Of a stretch of 64,000 bases of DNA, positions 18,950 to 28,013 are shown piece by piece (position 1 is the first letter of the stretch; each line of letters opens with the position of its first letter). The position numbers were made by a program, and so were the translations under genes. The notes beneath the pieces were generated by a model, which did not search any database, was not told the origin of the DNA, and saw only the letters and a program-made list of their open reading frames with translations. The stretch is taken from assembly GCA_020850715.1 (NCBI GenBank), contig JADZED010000080.1, forward strand, positions 4,524 to 68,523. Direction: 5' to 3'. The DNA comes from Acidobacteriota bacterium (GTDB lineage: Bacteria > Acidobacteriota > Vicinamibacteria > Vicinamibacterales > CAVVIG01).

Positions 18950-19986
18950 TGGAGCAGGGCCCGCCGGAGAAAGCGCACGAGAATCCACCCGTCGACGAAC
19001 TTGAACGGCGCCTTGCCCGAGCTGTAGTGGCCGCAGCCGAGCGTGGCGAGTTCGTGCGGGATCGCCGCCTCGCGAAACAGCCGCACCAGCTCCCGCGACA
19101 GATCCACCGGAAAGGTCAGGTCGTAGCGCGCGTACACGAGCAGCGTCTGCCGATCGTGCAGGCGTTCGAGATACCACCGCGGGCTGATCGGCCGCCACAG
19201 GGCGCGCAGTCGATCGAGCTCGATGTGGCCGTCGAGCCCCTCGCGGACGTGACGGGTCGAGATGCCCCGCCACACGACGTCGGCGAAATCGGGCGAGATG
19301 TGGTTCAGCGCCTGCGCGCGGATCAGCGGCTCGTGCGCGGTGGTGAGGAGCGACAGGCAGGAGCCCAGGCTCGTGCCGAGAATGCCGATCCGCTCGAAGC
19401 CCTCGGCGTGCAGCCACGCGATCGCGCGGCGCGCGTCGAGCACCGCCTGCCGGCACACCTGCACCGTGCGGGCGAGGTTGGCGCTGACGATGTAGTCGGC
19501 GCGGTGCAGCTCCGCCGGCATGCGGGCGTCGTGGTACGGCAGGCTGAGGCGCAGCGCGGTCATGCCGTTCCACGCGAGCAGACGGCAGAGGCCGACGTGG
19601 CCGCCCGCATCGGCGTTCCACTGCGGCAGGACGAGCACCGCCGCCCGCCGCCCCCCTGCCGCGGCTTCGCGGGCAGGCACGTACCGGCAATGCACCCTGT
19701 CGTTCTCCGGATGCGGCGTCGCGAACGCGCTCGGAAAGGTGAGCACGCGATCGCCGTCCGGCAACGGCGCGCTCAGCGAGTACTCGGAAATCTGGGGCGG
19801 CGTGAAGAAGGCGTCGGTGTCGGCCATGACGCGCGACACCCAGCCGGCGAGGACGTCGGCCGGCGCCTCGCCGGGTCGGCCGCCGGCCCCGATCCAGTCG
19901 AGGCCCCAGTCGAAAGGGCGCACCACCCGATCCTTGGTGACCGAAGCGAGCTGGCGCTCCCAGGCGTGGAAGATGGCTTGCAGCAT
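18937..19986 (-). CDS. alpha/beta hydrolase
   Basis: Nucleophile elbow GTSLGS. Length and hydrophobic core pattern are typical of the alpha/beta fold. Confidence 0.7.
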   Translation of the reverse strand: MLQAIFHAWERQLASVTKDRVVRPFDWGLDWIGAGGRPGEAPADVLAGWVSRVMADTDAFFTPPQISEYSLSAPLPDGDRVLTFPSAFATPHPENDRVHCRYVPAREAAAGGRRAAVLVLPQWNADAGGHVGLCRLLAWNGMTALRLSLPYHDARMPAELHRADYIVSANLARTVQVCRQAVLDARRAIAWLHAEGFERIGILGTSLGSCLSLLTTAHEPLIRAQALNHISPDFADVVWRGISTRHVREGLDGHIELDRLRALWRPISPRWYLERLHDRQTLLVYARYDLTFPVDLSRELVRLFREAAIPHELATLGCGHYSSGKAPFKFVDGWILVRFLRRALLQRTS

Positions 19987-20005
19987 GTGACTCCCATGGT
20001 ATACT
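19978..20005 (+). promoter_or_regulatory. sigma70-like promoter TTGCAG-16-TATACT driving the asd leader
   Basis: TTGCAG 19978-19983, 16-nt spacer, TATACT 20000-20005. It overlaps the start codon of the divergent hydrolase gene. Confidence 0.5.
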
Positions 20006-20011
20006 CACGAC

Positions 20012-20124
20012 TCCATGGGCTTCGGATTCGATGCGCGAAAGCGTAGCTGGCGAAAGCGGGCCGGCCGCGTCGGATTGCGTGAGCTCGAATACTAGCCGCT
20101 CGAGACCAACCGAGCCATCATGCT
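20012..20124 (+). promoter_or_regulatory. asd-lysC-dap 5' leader: 26-codon mini-ORF (20015-20095) plus antiterminator segment
   Basis: ATG 20015 opens MGFGFDARKRSWRKRAGRVGLRELEY. CCGCGTCGG 20065-20073 duplicates the terminator 3' arm and can pair with the terminator 5' arm. Confidence 0.4.
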
Positions 20125-20163
20125 GCCGACACGGATTCCCCCCGCGTCGGCTTTTTCTTTTTT
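20125..20163 (+). terminator. rho-independent terminator 28 nt upstream of the asd start
   Basis: GCCGACACGG (20125-20134), loop ATTCCCC, CCGCGTCGGC (20142-20151), then TTTTTCTTTTTT (20152-20163). A T-run like this is exceptional in this GC-rich DNA. Confidence 0.7.
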
Positions 20164-20190
20164 GGGGACACGTTCTTTCAGCCAGCGCTC

Positions 20191-21237
20191 ATGTCCACGA
20201 TTCCCGTCGGCATTCTCGGCGCGACCGGCATGGTCGGCCAGCAGTTCATCGCCCTCCTCGCGAATCACCCGTGGTTCCGAGTGGAATGGATCGGCGCCAG
20301 CGAGCGATCCCAGGGCAAGACCTACCGCGAGGCCTGTGCGTGGCGGCTCCCGGCTCCGCTGCCCGACCGCGTCGCGACGATGAAGGTGGAGGCGACCGCT
20401 CCCGGCCTCGCGCCGAAGCTGATGTTCTCCGGCCTCGACTCGTCGGTCGCCACCGACATCGAAGCCGCCTTCGCGCGCGCCGGCCATACCGTCGTCAGCA
20501 ACGCGCGCAACTACCGCATGCACGCCACGGTGCCGCTCCTGATTCCCGAGATCAACGCCGATCATCTCGGGCTGCTGCCGGCGCAGCGCCGGGCGTTGGG
20601 CTGGGAGGGCGCGATCGTCACCAACCCGAACTGCGCCGTCGTCGTGCTCGCGATGGCGCTCGCGCCGCTCCGGCAGTTCGGCCTCGATCTGGCGACGATC
20701 ACCACCATGCAGGCGATTTCCGGCGCCGGCTATCCGGGCGTCCCCTCGTGGGACATCCTCGCGAACGTGATCCCGCACATCGGCGGTGGCGAAGAAGAGA
20801 AGGTCGAGAAGGAAGGCCCGAAGATTCTCGGCGCGCTGCAGGGCGGCGCCGTGATCGATCACCCGTGCCGCATCAGCGCGACGACAACCCGCGTGCCGGT
20901 GCACAACGGCCACACCGGGTCGATTGCCGTGAGCCTGAAGCAGAAGCCGCCGCTCGAGGCGGTCGTCGACGCGTGGCAGTCGTTTCGCGGGCGGCCGCAG
21001 GCGCTCGGCCTGCCGACCTCGCCGCCCCAGCCGGTCGTCCATTTGCCCGAGGTCAACCGCCCCCAGCCGGCGCTCGACGCCGCTCGCGACGGCGGCATGA
21101 CGGTGACCGTCGGGCGGCTGCGCGAGTGCCCGGTGCTCGGCTACAAGTTCGTCGCGCTGGGACACAACACGATCCGCGGCGCGGCCGGCGCCGCGATCCT
21201 CAACGCGGAGCTGATGCGCGAGGAAGGCCTGCTGTGA
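20191..21237 (+). CDS. asd: aspartate-semialdehyde dehydrogenase
   Basis: GATGMVGQ dinucleotide fold, active-site Cys in TNPNCAVV, GHNTIRGAAG near the C-terminus. Confidence 0.92.
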   Translation: MSTIPVGILGATGMVGQQFIALLANHPWFRVEWIGASERSQGKTYREACAWRLPAPLPDRVATMKVEATAPGLAPKLMFSGLDSSVATDIEAAFARAGHTVVSNARNYRMHATVPLLIPEINADHLGLLPAQRRALGWEGAIVTNPNCAVVVLAMALAPLRQFGLDLATITTMQAISGAGYPGVPSWDILANVIPHIGGGEEEKVEKEGPKILGALQGGAVIDHPCRISATTTRVPVHNGHTGSIAVSLKQKPPLEAVVDAWQSFRGRPQALGLPTSPPQPVVHLPEVNRPQPALDAARDGGMTVTVGRLRECPVLGYKFVALGHNTIRGAAGAAILNAELMREEGLL

Positions 21238-21248
21238 GCGGCGTCGTC

Positions 21249-22610
21249 ATGAAGTTCGGCGGCACCTCGGTCGCCGATCCGGAGGCGATCGAACGGGTGG
21301 CCGCGATCGTCCGCCGCCAGATGCAGGCCGGCGGGCCGGCGCCGGTCGTGGTCGTGTCGGCGCTTTCGAAGGTGACCGACCGTCTGATTGCGGCGGCGCG
21401 GGCGGCCGAGACGGGGAGCGGCGACGAGGCGGCCGCGAACCTCGGCGAGCTGCTCGATCGCCATCGTTCTGTCGCGTCGAGCCTGACGTCGGGCGCCCCG
21501 CAGGCGGTCCTGCTCGCGCAGGTGCAGGCGGAGCTCGAGGCGCTCATCGGCCTCGTGCGCGCGCTGGCGGTGCTGCGCGAGGTGTCGCCGCGATCGCTCG
21601 ACGCGGTCGTCGCCGCCGGCGAGCTGATCAGCAGCCGCATCGTGACCGCGGCGCTCGCCGGGCGCGGCATCCCCGCCGCGTGGGTCGATTCGCGCACCGT
21701 CCTCGTCACCGACGCGGAGCACATGGCGGCGGCGCCAGACATGGAGGCGACCTGCACGCGCGTGCGCGAGCGGGTGGCGCCGCTTCGGGCCGCCGGACAG
21801 GTGGCGGTGCTCGGCGGCTTCATCGGCGCGACGGCCAGCGGGATCACGACCACGCTCGGCCGCGGCGGGTCGGATTACTCGGCGGCCATCTTCGGCGCGT
21901 GCCTGGGGGTCGACGAGATCCAGATCTGGACCGACGTCGACGGGATGCTGACCGCCGACCCGCGCGTGGTGCCCCGGCCGCGCCTGGTGCCGCGGCTCAC
22001 CTTCGCGGAAGCCTCCGAGCTGGCCTACTTCGGCGCCAAGGTCCTCCATCCGGCGACGATCCTGCCGGCCGTGGCCAGGAACATCCCTGTCAGGATCCTC
22101 AACTCGCACCAGCCCGGCAACCCGGGCACGACGATCGCCAGCGCTGCCGGCCCGCCGGAAGGGCAGTTCACGGCGCTCGCCTGCAAGCGCGGGTTGACCG
22201 TCATCGACATCACCTCGAGCCGCATGCTGAACGCGTACGGCTTCCTGCGGCGGCTCTTCGAGGTCTTCGAGCGGTTCCGGACGTCGGTCGACGTGGTGAC
22301 GACCTCGGAGATCAGCGTGTCGGTGACCGTCGACGACGCCCGGCAGCTGGACGCGATTGTCGAGAGCCTGCGGCAGTTCGCCGACGTTTCGAGCGAGGGC
22401 GACATGGCGCTCATCTCGGCGGTCGGGGAGAATCTGCACGAGGACCCGACGCTGTTCGGGCGCGCGGTGACCTCGCTCGGGAGGATTCCGATCCGCCTGG
22501 TCTCGCAGGCGGCGTCCCGGCGTAACATCACCTTCGTGCTGCGCGACGCCGACGTGCCGGAGGCGATGACGCGGCTGCACGATCGGTTCTTCGGGGCTGC
22601 CTCATCATGA
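21249..22610 (+). CDS. lysC: aspartate kinase
   Basis: Canonical MKFGGTSV start. An alternative GTG 21234 overlaps the asd stop. Amino-acid kinase domain plus C-terminal ACT-like repeats. Confidence 0.9.
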   Translation: MKFGGTSVADPEAIERVAAIVRRQMQAGGPAPVVVVSALSKVTDRLIAAARAAETGSGDEAAANLGELLDRHRSVASSLTSGAPQAVLLAQVQAELEALIGLVRALAVLREVSPRSLDAVVAAGELISSRIVTAALAGRGIPAAWVDSRTVLVTDAEHMAAAPDMEATCTRVRERVAPLRAAGQVAVLGGFIGATASGITTTLGRGGSDYSAAIFGACLGVDEIQIWTDVDGMLTADPRVVPRPRLVPRLTFAEASELAYFGAKVLHPATILPAVARNIPVRILNSHQPGNPGTTIASAAGPPEGQFTALACKRGLTVIDITSSRMLNAYGFLRRLFEVFERFRTSVDVVTTSEISVSVTVDDARQLDAIVESLRQFADVSSEGDMALISAVGENLHEDPTLFGRAVTSLGRIPIRLVSQAASRRNITFVLRDADVPEAMTRLHDRFFGAASS

Positions 22611-22644
22611 CCAAGACGCTGCGCGCCTTCGCGATCCCCCGGAG

Positions 22645-23343
22645 ATGGTGACGCGAATACTGCTGGTCGGCTACGGCCGGATGGGACGGCTCGTCGAGAG
22701 CCTCGCCGCCGAGTACGGCTGCGAGATCGCCGGGATCGTCGACCCGGCGGCGGGGAGCGACCCCATCGATTCGGATCGCTGGGCCGGTGCCGAGGTGGCG
22801 ATCGACTTCTCGACCGCCGACGCGGTGCCCGGCAACGTGGAGGCGCTCGCCCGCCGCGGCATCGACGTCGTCATCGGCACGACCGGCTGGGACGGGCGGC
22901 GCGCGGACGTCCGGCAGCGCGCCGCCGACGCCGGCATCGGCGTCGTCGCGGCGCCGAACTTCTCGACCGGCGTCGTGCTGTTCGAAGCGATGGTGGCGCA
23001 CGCGTCGGCCCTGGTGGCCGGGCAGCCGGAGTTCGGCGCCTTCGTCCACGAGGCGCACCATCGCGCCAAGAAGGATGCGCCGTCGGGCACGGCCCTCATG
23101 CTGGAGCGTGCGATGCGCGCGGCCGGCTACAATCGCGAGATCGACATGGCCTCGACGCGGGCCGGCTCGATCCCCGGCGTGCACACGGTCGGCTTCGACG
23201 GCCCGGCCGAGACGATTACGCTGACGCACGCCGCGCGCGACCGGAGCGCGTTCGCGCGCGGCGCCCTTGCGGCGGCACAATGGGTGAAGGGGCGGCGCGG
23301 CTGGTTCTCGATGCAGGACGTGCTGGGGTTGAACCAGGCCTGA
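22645..23343 (+). CDS. dapB: 4-hydroxy-tetrahydrodipicolinate reductase
   Basis: GYGRMG NAD(P)-binding start. EAHHRAKKDAPSGTA signature. Confidence 0.9.
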   Translation: MVTRILLVGYGRMGRLVESLAAEYGCEIAGIVDPAAGSDPIDSDRWAGAEVAIDFSTADAVPGNVEALARRGIDVVIGTTGWDGRRADVRQRAADAGIGVVAAPNFSTGVVLFEAMVAHASALVAGQPEFGAFVHEAHHRAKKDAPSGTALMLERAMRAAGYNREIDMASTRAGSIPGVHTVGFDGPAETITLTHAARDRSAFARGALAAAQWVKGRRGWFSMQDVLGLNQA

Positions 23344-23368
23344 GGGCCGCACGGACGAGGCACTGTTT

Positions 23369-24271
23369 ATGCGAACACCCTGGACAGGAGTCGGCACGGC
23401 GCTGGTCACGCCGTTCACGCGCGGCGGCGCGCTCGACGAGGCGGCGGTGCGCCGCCTGGGCCGCCGTCAGATCGACGGCGGCGTGCACTTCCTCGTACCC
23501 TGCGGGACGACGGGCGAGAACCCGACGCTCTCGCTCGCCGAACGGCTGCGGATCGTCGAGATCCTCGTCGAAGAGGCGAACGGCCGGACGCCAATCCTGG
23601 CGGGCGCCGGCGGCTACGACACCCGCGAGGTCATCCAGCTTGCACACGAGATGGAACGCGCCGGCGCGACGGGGCTCCTCTCGGTCACGCCCTATTACAA
23701 CAAGCCGACCCCCGACGGGCTCTACGCCCATTACCGCGCGATCGCCGAGAGCACGCCGCTGCCGATCATCGTCTACAACGTGCCCGGCCGCACCGGCGTG
23801 AACGTCGACGTGGCCACGCTCGTCCGGCTCGCCGGCGTGACCAATATCATCGGCGTGAAGGAAGCGTCGGGCAACGTGCCGCAGATGTGCGAGATCTGCC
23901 GCGAGGTGCCCGCCGACTTCATCGTGCTGTCGGGCGACGATGCGCTGACGCTGCCGTGCATGGCGGTGGGCGGGCGCGGCGTGGTGTCGGTGGCGTCCAA
24001 CGAGATTCCGGCCGAGATGGCGCAGATGGTCGAAGCCGCGGAGCGCAACGACTTCGCCGCCGCTCGGGCCGTGCACGCGCGGATCATGCCGCTGATGCAG
24101 GTGAACTTCATCGAGTCGAACCCTGTGCCGGTGAAGGCCGCGATGGCGGCGATGGGCCTGCTCGAAGAGGTCTATCGACTCCCCATCGTCGGGCCGCGGC
24201 CCGAGTCGCGCGGGAAGATCCTGCGCGTGCTGGCCGACCTCGAGCTGATCGACAAGCCCGCGTTCGCCTGA
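23369..24271 (+). CDS. dapA: 4-hydroxy-tetrahydrodipicolinate synthase
   Basis: GTTGE motif (PCGTTGENPTLS). Schiff-base Lys context IIGVKEASG. About 300 aa. Confidence 0.92.
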   Translation: MRTPWTGVGTALVTPFTRGGALDEAAVRRLGRRQIDGGVHFLVPCGTTGENPTLSLAERLRIVEILVEEANGRTPILAGAGGYDTREVIQLAHEMERAGATGLLSVTPYYNKPTPDGLYAHYRAIAESTPLPIIVYNVPGRTGVNVDVATLVRLAGVTNIIGVKEASGNVPQMCEICREVPADFIVLSGDDALTLPCMAVGGRGVVSVASNEIPAEMAQMVEAAERNDFAAARAVHARIMPLMQVNFIESNPVPVKAAMAAMGLLEEVYRLPIVGPRPESRGKILRVLADLELIDKPAFA

Positions 24272-24332
24272 GCCGCACGGGCCGCGGCGCAGGCGGATTC
24301 GCCGCGGCGCCGCCCGCCGCCAGGACCCCCTT

Positions 24333-25172
24333 ATGCTCCAGACCGAGATCGAAGCCTTCGTGGCCGCCGGGGCCGGCGCGGATCGGGAGGCCGTGCGCAC
24401 GGCCTTTGCGAAGCTGCGCGACGCGCTCTCGTCGGGCGAGGTGCGGGCGGCCGAGCCGGATGCGCGGAGCGCCACCGGCTGGCGGGTGAACACCTGGGTG
24501 AAGCAGGGCATCCTGCTCGGCTTCCGGTTCGGCGAGACGGTCGACGCGTCGATGGACCATGCCAGGTGGCCCTTCTACGACAAGGACACGCTCCCGCTCC
24601 GTCGGCCGGGGCTCGCCGCGGGCGTGCGCATCGTGCCCGGCGGATCGACCGTGCGGGACGGCGCGTATCTGGCGCCGGGCGTCATCTGCATGCCGCCGAT
24701 GTACGTGAACATCGGCGCATGGATCGGCGAACAGTCGCTGATCGATTCGCATGCCCTCGTGGGGTCGTGCGCCCAGATCGGCGCGCGCGTGCACGTCAGC
24801 GCGGGCGCCCAGATCGGCGGGGTGATCGAACCGATCGGTGCGCTTCCGGTCATCGTCGAGGACGAGGCGCTGGTGGGCGGCAACACGGGAATCTACGAAG
24901 GCGCCGTCATCAAGCGGCGCGCCGTCGTGGGCGCCGGAACCGTGCTGACCGGGTCGACGCCGGTGTACGACCTCGTGCGCGGAGAGATCATCAGGCCCTC
25001 CGATGCGCGGCCGCTCGTCGTGCCCGAAGGGGCCGTCGTGGTGCCGGGCGCGCGCGCGGTCGCCGGCGGCCGCGGCCCCGAGTGGGGCCTCTCGCTGGCG
25101 ACCCCGGTGATCGTCAAGTACCGCGACTCGCGCACCGACACGCGCACCGAACTGGAACAGTGGATCCGGTGA
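24333..25172 (+). CDS. dapD: tetrahydrodipicolinate N-succinyltransferase
   Basis: DapD-type N-terminal helical domain (GWRVNTWVKQGILLGFR) followed by left-handed beta-helix hexapeptide repeats. Confidence 0.85.
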   Translation: MLQTEIEAFVAAGAGADREAVRTAFAKLRDALSSGEVRAAEPDARSATGWRVNTWVKQGILLGFRFGETVDASMDHARWPFYDKDTLPLRRPGLAAGVRIVPGGSTVRDGAYLAPGVICMPPMYVNIGAWIGEQSLIDSHALVGSCAQIGARVHVSAGAQIGGVIEPIGALPVIVEDEALVGGNTGIYEGAVIKRRAVVGAGTVLTGSTPVYDLVRGEIIRPSDARPLVVPEGAVVVPGARAVAGGRGPEWGLSLATPVIVKYRDSRTDTRTELEQWIR

Positions 25173-26200
25173 TCTCCCCCGCCGCGGTCGATCCCGTCGC
25201 GCTGGCGCGCGCGCTGGTGGATATCGATTCCACCACCGGCCGCGAGGGCGACGCGGGTCGCTGGCTGGCCGCCTACCTGCGCGACCGCGGTTACCAGGTC
25301 GTGGAGCAGCGGGTGGACGCATCCCGGTTCAACATCATCGCGCGGGCGGGCGATCCGGCCGTCGTGTTCTCGACCCACATGGACTGCGTGCCGCCGTTCT
25401 TTGCCAGCCGCATCGAGGGCGACCGGCTGTATGGACGCGGCGCGTGCGACGCGAAGGGCATCCTGGCCGCGCAGGTGGCGGCAGCCGAACGGCTGCGGCA
25501 GGGCGGCGAGACGCGGGTGGGGCTGCTGTTCGTCGTCGGCGAGGAACGGGGCAGCGACGGCGCCCGCGCGGCCGATGCGGTGGCGCCGGGGTCGCGATAC
25601 CTCGTGAACGGCGAGCCGACCGACAACCGGCTGGGGCGCGCGACCCGCGGCGTGCTGCGCCTGAAGCTGCGCGCGTCGGGCCGCGCGGCGCATTCGTCCT
25701 ATCCCGAGCTGGGCGAATCGGCGATCGACGCCCTCATCGACGCGCTGGTCGAACTGCGCGGCATCGCGCTGCCGGCCGACGCGCTGCTCGGGCGCACGCA
25801 CTACAGCGTGGGGCTGATCTCGGGCGGGGTGGCCCCCAACGTGATTTCGCCCGCCGCCGAAGCCGAGGTGATGTTCCGGACAGTCGGCGACGGATCGGCG
25901 GTGCGCCGGGCGGTGGCGCCGCTCGAGCGGCGCGTCGCCGTGGAGCATGTGCTCGAGGTGCCGCCGGTGCGGATGACGCCGCTCGATGGCTTCGAGACCG
26001 CGGTGTTCCCCTACACGACCGACATCCCGTTCCTCTCCGCCTGGGGGCGGCCGCTGCTGTTCGGCCCTGGATCGATTCACGTGGCTCACACGGCCGACGA
26101 GTTCGTCTCGATCCCGGAGCTGCACGAGGCGGTCGATCGCTATGCGGCGATCGCGAAGGCCCTGTTGTCGCGGACCGGCGATCCTGCGCCGAGCGCCTGA
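25169..26200 (+). CDS. M20-family metallohydrolase, probably succinyl-diaminopimelate desuccinylase (ArgE/DapE family)
   Basis: GTGA overlap with dapD. Metal-ligand contexts FSTHMDCV, GRGACDAKG, VGEERGSDG. The DapE versus ArgE assignment rests on context only. Confidence 0.7.
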   Translation: MISPAAVDPVALARALVDIDSTTGREGDAGRWLAAYLRDRGYQVVEQRVDASRFNIIARAGDPAVVFSTHMDCVPPFFASRIEGDRLYGRGACDAKGILAAQVAAAERLRQGGETRVGLLFVVGEERGSDGARAADAVAPGSRYLVNGEPTDNRLGRATRGVLRLKLRASGRAAHSSYPELGESAIDALIDALVELRGIALPADALLGRTHYSVGLISGGVAPNVISPAAEAEVMFRTVGDGSAVRRAVAPLERRVAVEHVLEVPPVRMTPLDGFETAVFPYTTDIPFLSAWGRPLLFGPGSIHVAHTADEFVSIPELHEAVDRYAAIAKALLSRTGDPAPSA

Positions 26201-26204
26201 CCCC

Positions 26205-28013
26205 GTGCCGGTACGGGAGTATCGCTCGCGGATCGAACGCTGGACCGCGGAGATCTCCCGGACCGATCGCCTTCACCTGCTGCTCTCCAATCTCAGGCTC
26301 GCCGCCTTCTTCGCCGGCGTCGCCGTCTTCTGGCTGGCATTCATCCACGGCACGATCAATCCCTGGTGGATCGCCGCGCCCTCGGCTGCATTCGGCGCGC
26401 TCGCGATCGGTCACGCGCGGGTGCTCCAGCACGGCGCGCGCGCGCGGCGCGCGCGCCGGATCTACCGGCGCGGCCTCGAGCGGATCGCCGGCCGCTGGGC
26501 GCGGCAGGGCCGCGGCGGCGCGCGATACCTGGCGCGCCCGCATCTGTACGCGCGCGATCTCGATCTCTTCGGGGAGGGGTCGCTGTTCGAGCTCCTGAAC
26601 CAGGCGCGAACCGAGATCGGCGAGGATACGCTGGCCGACTGGCTGCTCGCGCCCGCCGCGGCCGGCGAGATCGCCGCCCGCCAGTCGGCGGTCGAGGAAC
26701 TGCGGCCGAACCTCGACCTGCGCGAAGCGATCGCCGTGCTCGCCGACGATGCGGTCGTCGGTCGCACCGGCGCGCTGGCGGCGTGGACGGCCGCGCCGCC
26801 GGAAGCGCTGCCGCCCGCCCTCGGGTACCTCTACGGCACGGCCGCCGCAGGGGCGGCGGCGCTGGCCGCGGCGGCGTACCTGGGCGCCATCGGCGGCGCA
26901 TGGCTCGCCGCCTGGATCGCGCTCGAGGCGGCGATCGACGCGGTCTGGCGCCGGCGGACCAGCCGGATCCTGCACGCAGTCGAGACGCCCGAGCACGATC
27001 TCGGCCTGCTCGCCGAACTGCTGGCGCGAGTGGAGCAGGAGCCCTTCACGTCGCCAAAGCTCGAGCGGTTGCACGGACTGCTCGTGGCAGGCGGGGCGCC
27101 GGCCTCGCGGCGGATCGCGCGGCTCCGGCAGGTCGTCGCCTGGGCCGATTCGACGCACAACCTGTTCTTCGCCCCGTTCGCCTACGTGCTCATGCTGAAG
27201 CCGCAGCTTGCTCTGGCGGTGAACGCCTGGCACCGGGCGCACGCCGCCGAAGCGGCCGGCTGGCTTCTCGCGATCGGCGAGCTCGAGGCGCTCGCCTCGC
27301 TGGCGGTCCACGCGTACGAGCATCCGGGCGACCCGTTTCCCCAGGTCGCCGGAGGCGATCCGAAGTTCGAGGCCGTCGCGCTCGGACATCCGCTGATCGC
27401 GGACGCCGAAGTCGTCCGCAACGACGTGGCGTTCGGCGGCGGGGGACCGCGGGTGCTCGTCGTGAGCGGCTCGAACATGTCGGGCAAGAGCACGCTGCTG
27501 CGGGCGGTGGGCGTCAACGCGGCGCTCGCGCTGGCAGGCGGGACGGTGCGGGCGTCGCGCCTGGCGATGACGCCGCTGGCGATCGGCGCGACGCTCAGGA
27601 TCGAAGACTCGCTCCAGGAAGGGCAATCGAAGTTCTACGCCGAGATCCTGCGCATCCGGGCCATCGCCGGGCTGGCCGCCGGACCGCTGCCGGTGCTGTT
27701 TCTCCTCGACGAGATCCTGCACGGCACCAACTCCCGCGACCGCCGCCTCGGCGCCGAGGCGATCGTGCGGGCGCTCGTCGATCGCGGCGCCATCGGGCTG
27801 GTGACCACGCACGATCTCGCGCTCACCAGCCTGGCGGAGACGCTGGAGAACCCGGCGAGCGCGGCCGAGCCGCGCGGTCCGCTTGCCGCCAACGTGCACT
27901 TCGAGGATTGGATCGAGAACGGGCAGCTGCGGTTCGACTACACGATGAGGCCCGGCGTCGTCGAGCGCAGCAACGCGCTCGAGCTCATGCGCGCGATCGG
28001 CCTCGACGTGTGA
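26205..28013 (+). CDS. MutS-related ABC-type ATPase with N-terminal membrane helices (no mismatch-binding or Smr domain seen)
   Basis: Walker A GSNMSGKST, MutS signature SLQEGQSKFYAEI, Walker B LFLLDEILHGTN. N-terminal hydrophobic helices LLLSNLRLAAFFAGVAVFWLAF / WWIAAPSAAFGALAIG. Confidence 0.75.
   Translation: MPVREYRSRIERWTAEISRTDRLHLLLSNLRLAAFFAGVAVFWLAFIHGTINPWWIAAPSAAFGALAIGHARVLQHGARARRARRIYRRGLERIAGRWARQGRGGARYLARPHLYARDLDLFGEGSLFELLNQARTEIGEDTLADWLLAPAAAGEIAARQSAVEELRPNLDLREAIAVLADDAVVGRTGALAAWTAAPPEALPPALGYLYGTAAAGAAALAAAAYLGAIGGAWLAAWIALEAAIDAVWRRRTSRILHAVETPEHDLGLLAELLARVEQEPFTSPKLERLHGLLVAGGAPASRRIARLRQVVAWADSTHNLFFAPFAYVLMLKPQLALAVNAWHRAHAAEAAGWLLAIGELEALASLAVHAYEHPGDPFPQVAGGDPKFEAVALGHPLIADAEVVRNDVAFGGGGPRVLVVSGSNMSGKSTLLRAVGVNAALALAGGTVRASRLAMTPLAIGATLRIEDSLQEGQSKFYAEILRIRAIAGLAAGPLPVLFLLDEILHGTNSRDRRLGAEAIVRALVDRGAIGLVTTHDLALTSLAETLENPASAAEPRGPLAANVHFEDWIENGQLRFDYTMRPGVVERSNALELMRAIGLDV

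Noticed and set aside
20012-20124. Lysine (L-box) riboswitch upstream of asd-lysC.
   Set aside because: I could not find the conserved L-box core sequences or enough length for its five-helix aptamer. It is kept as an unclassified leader. A covariance-model scan is still needed.
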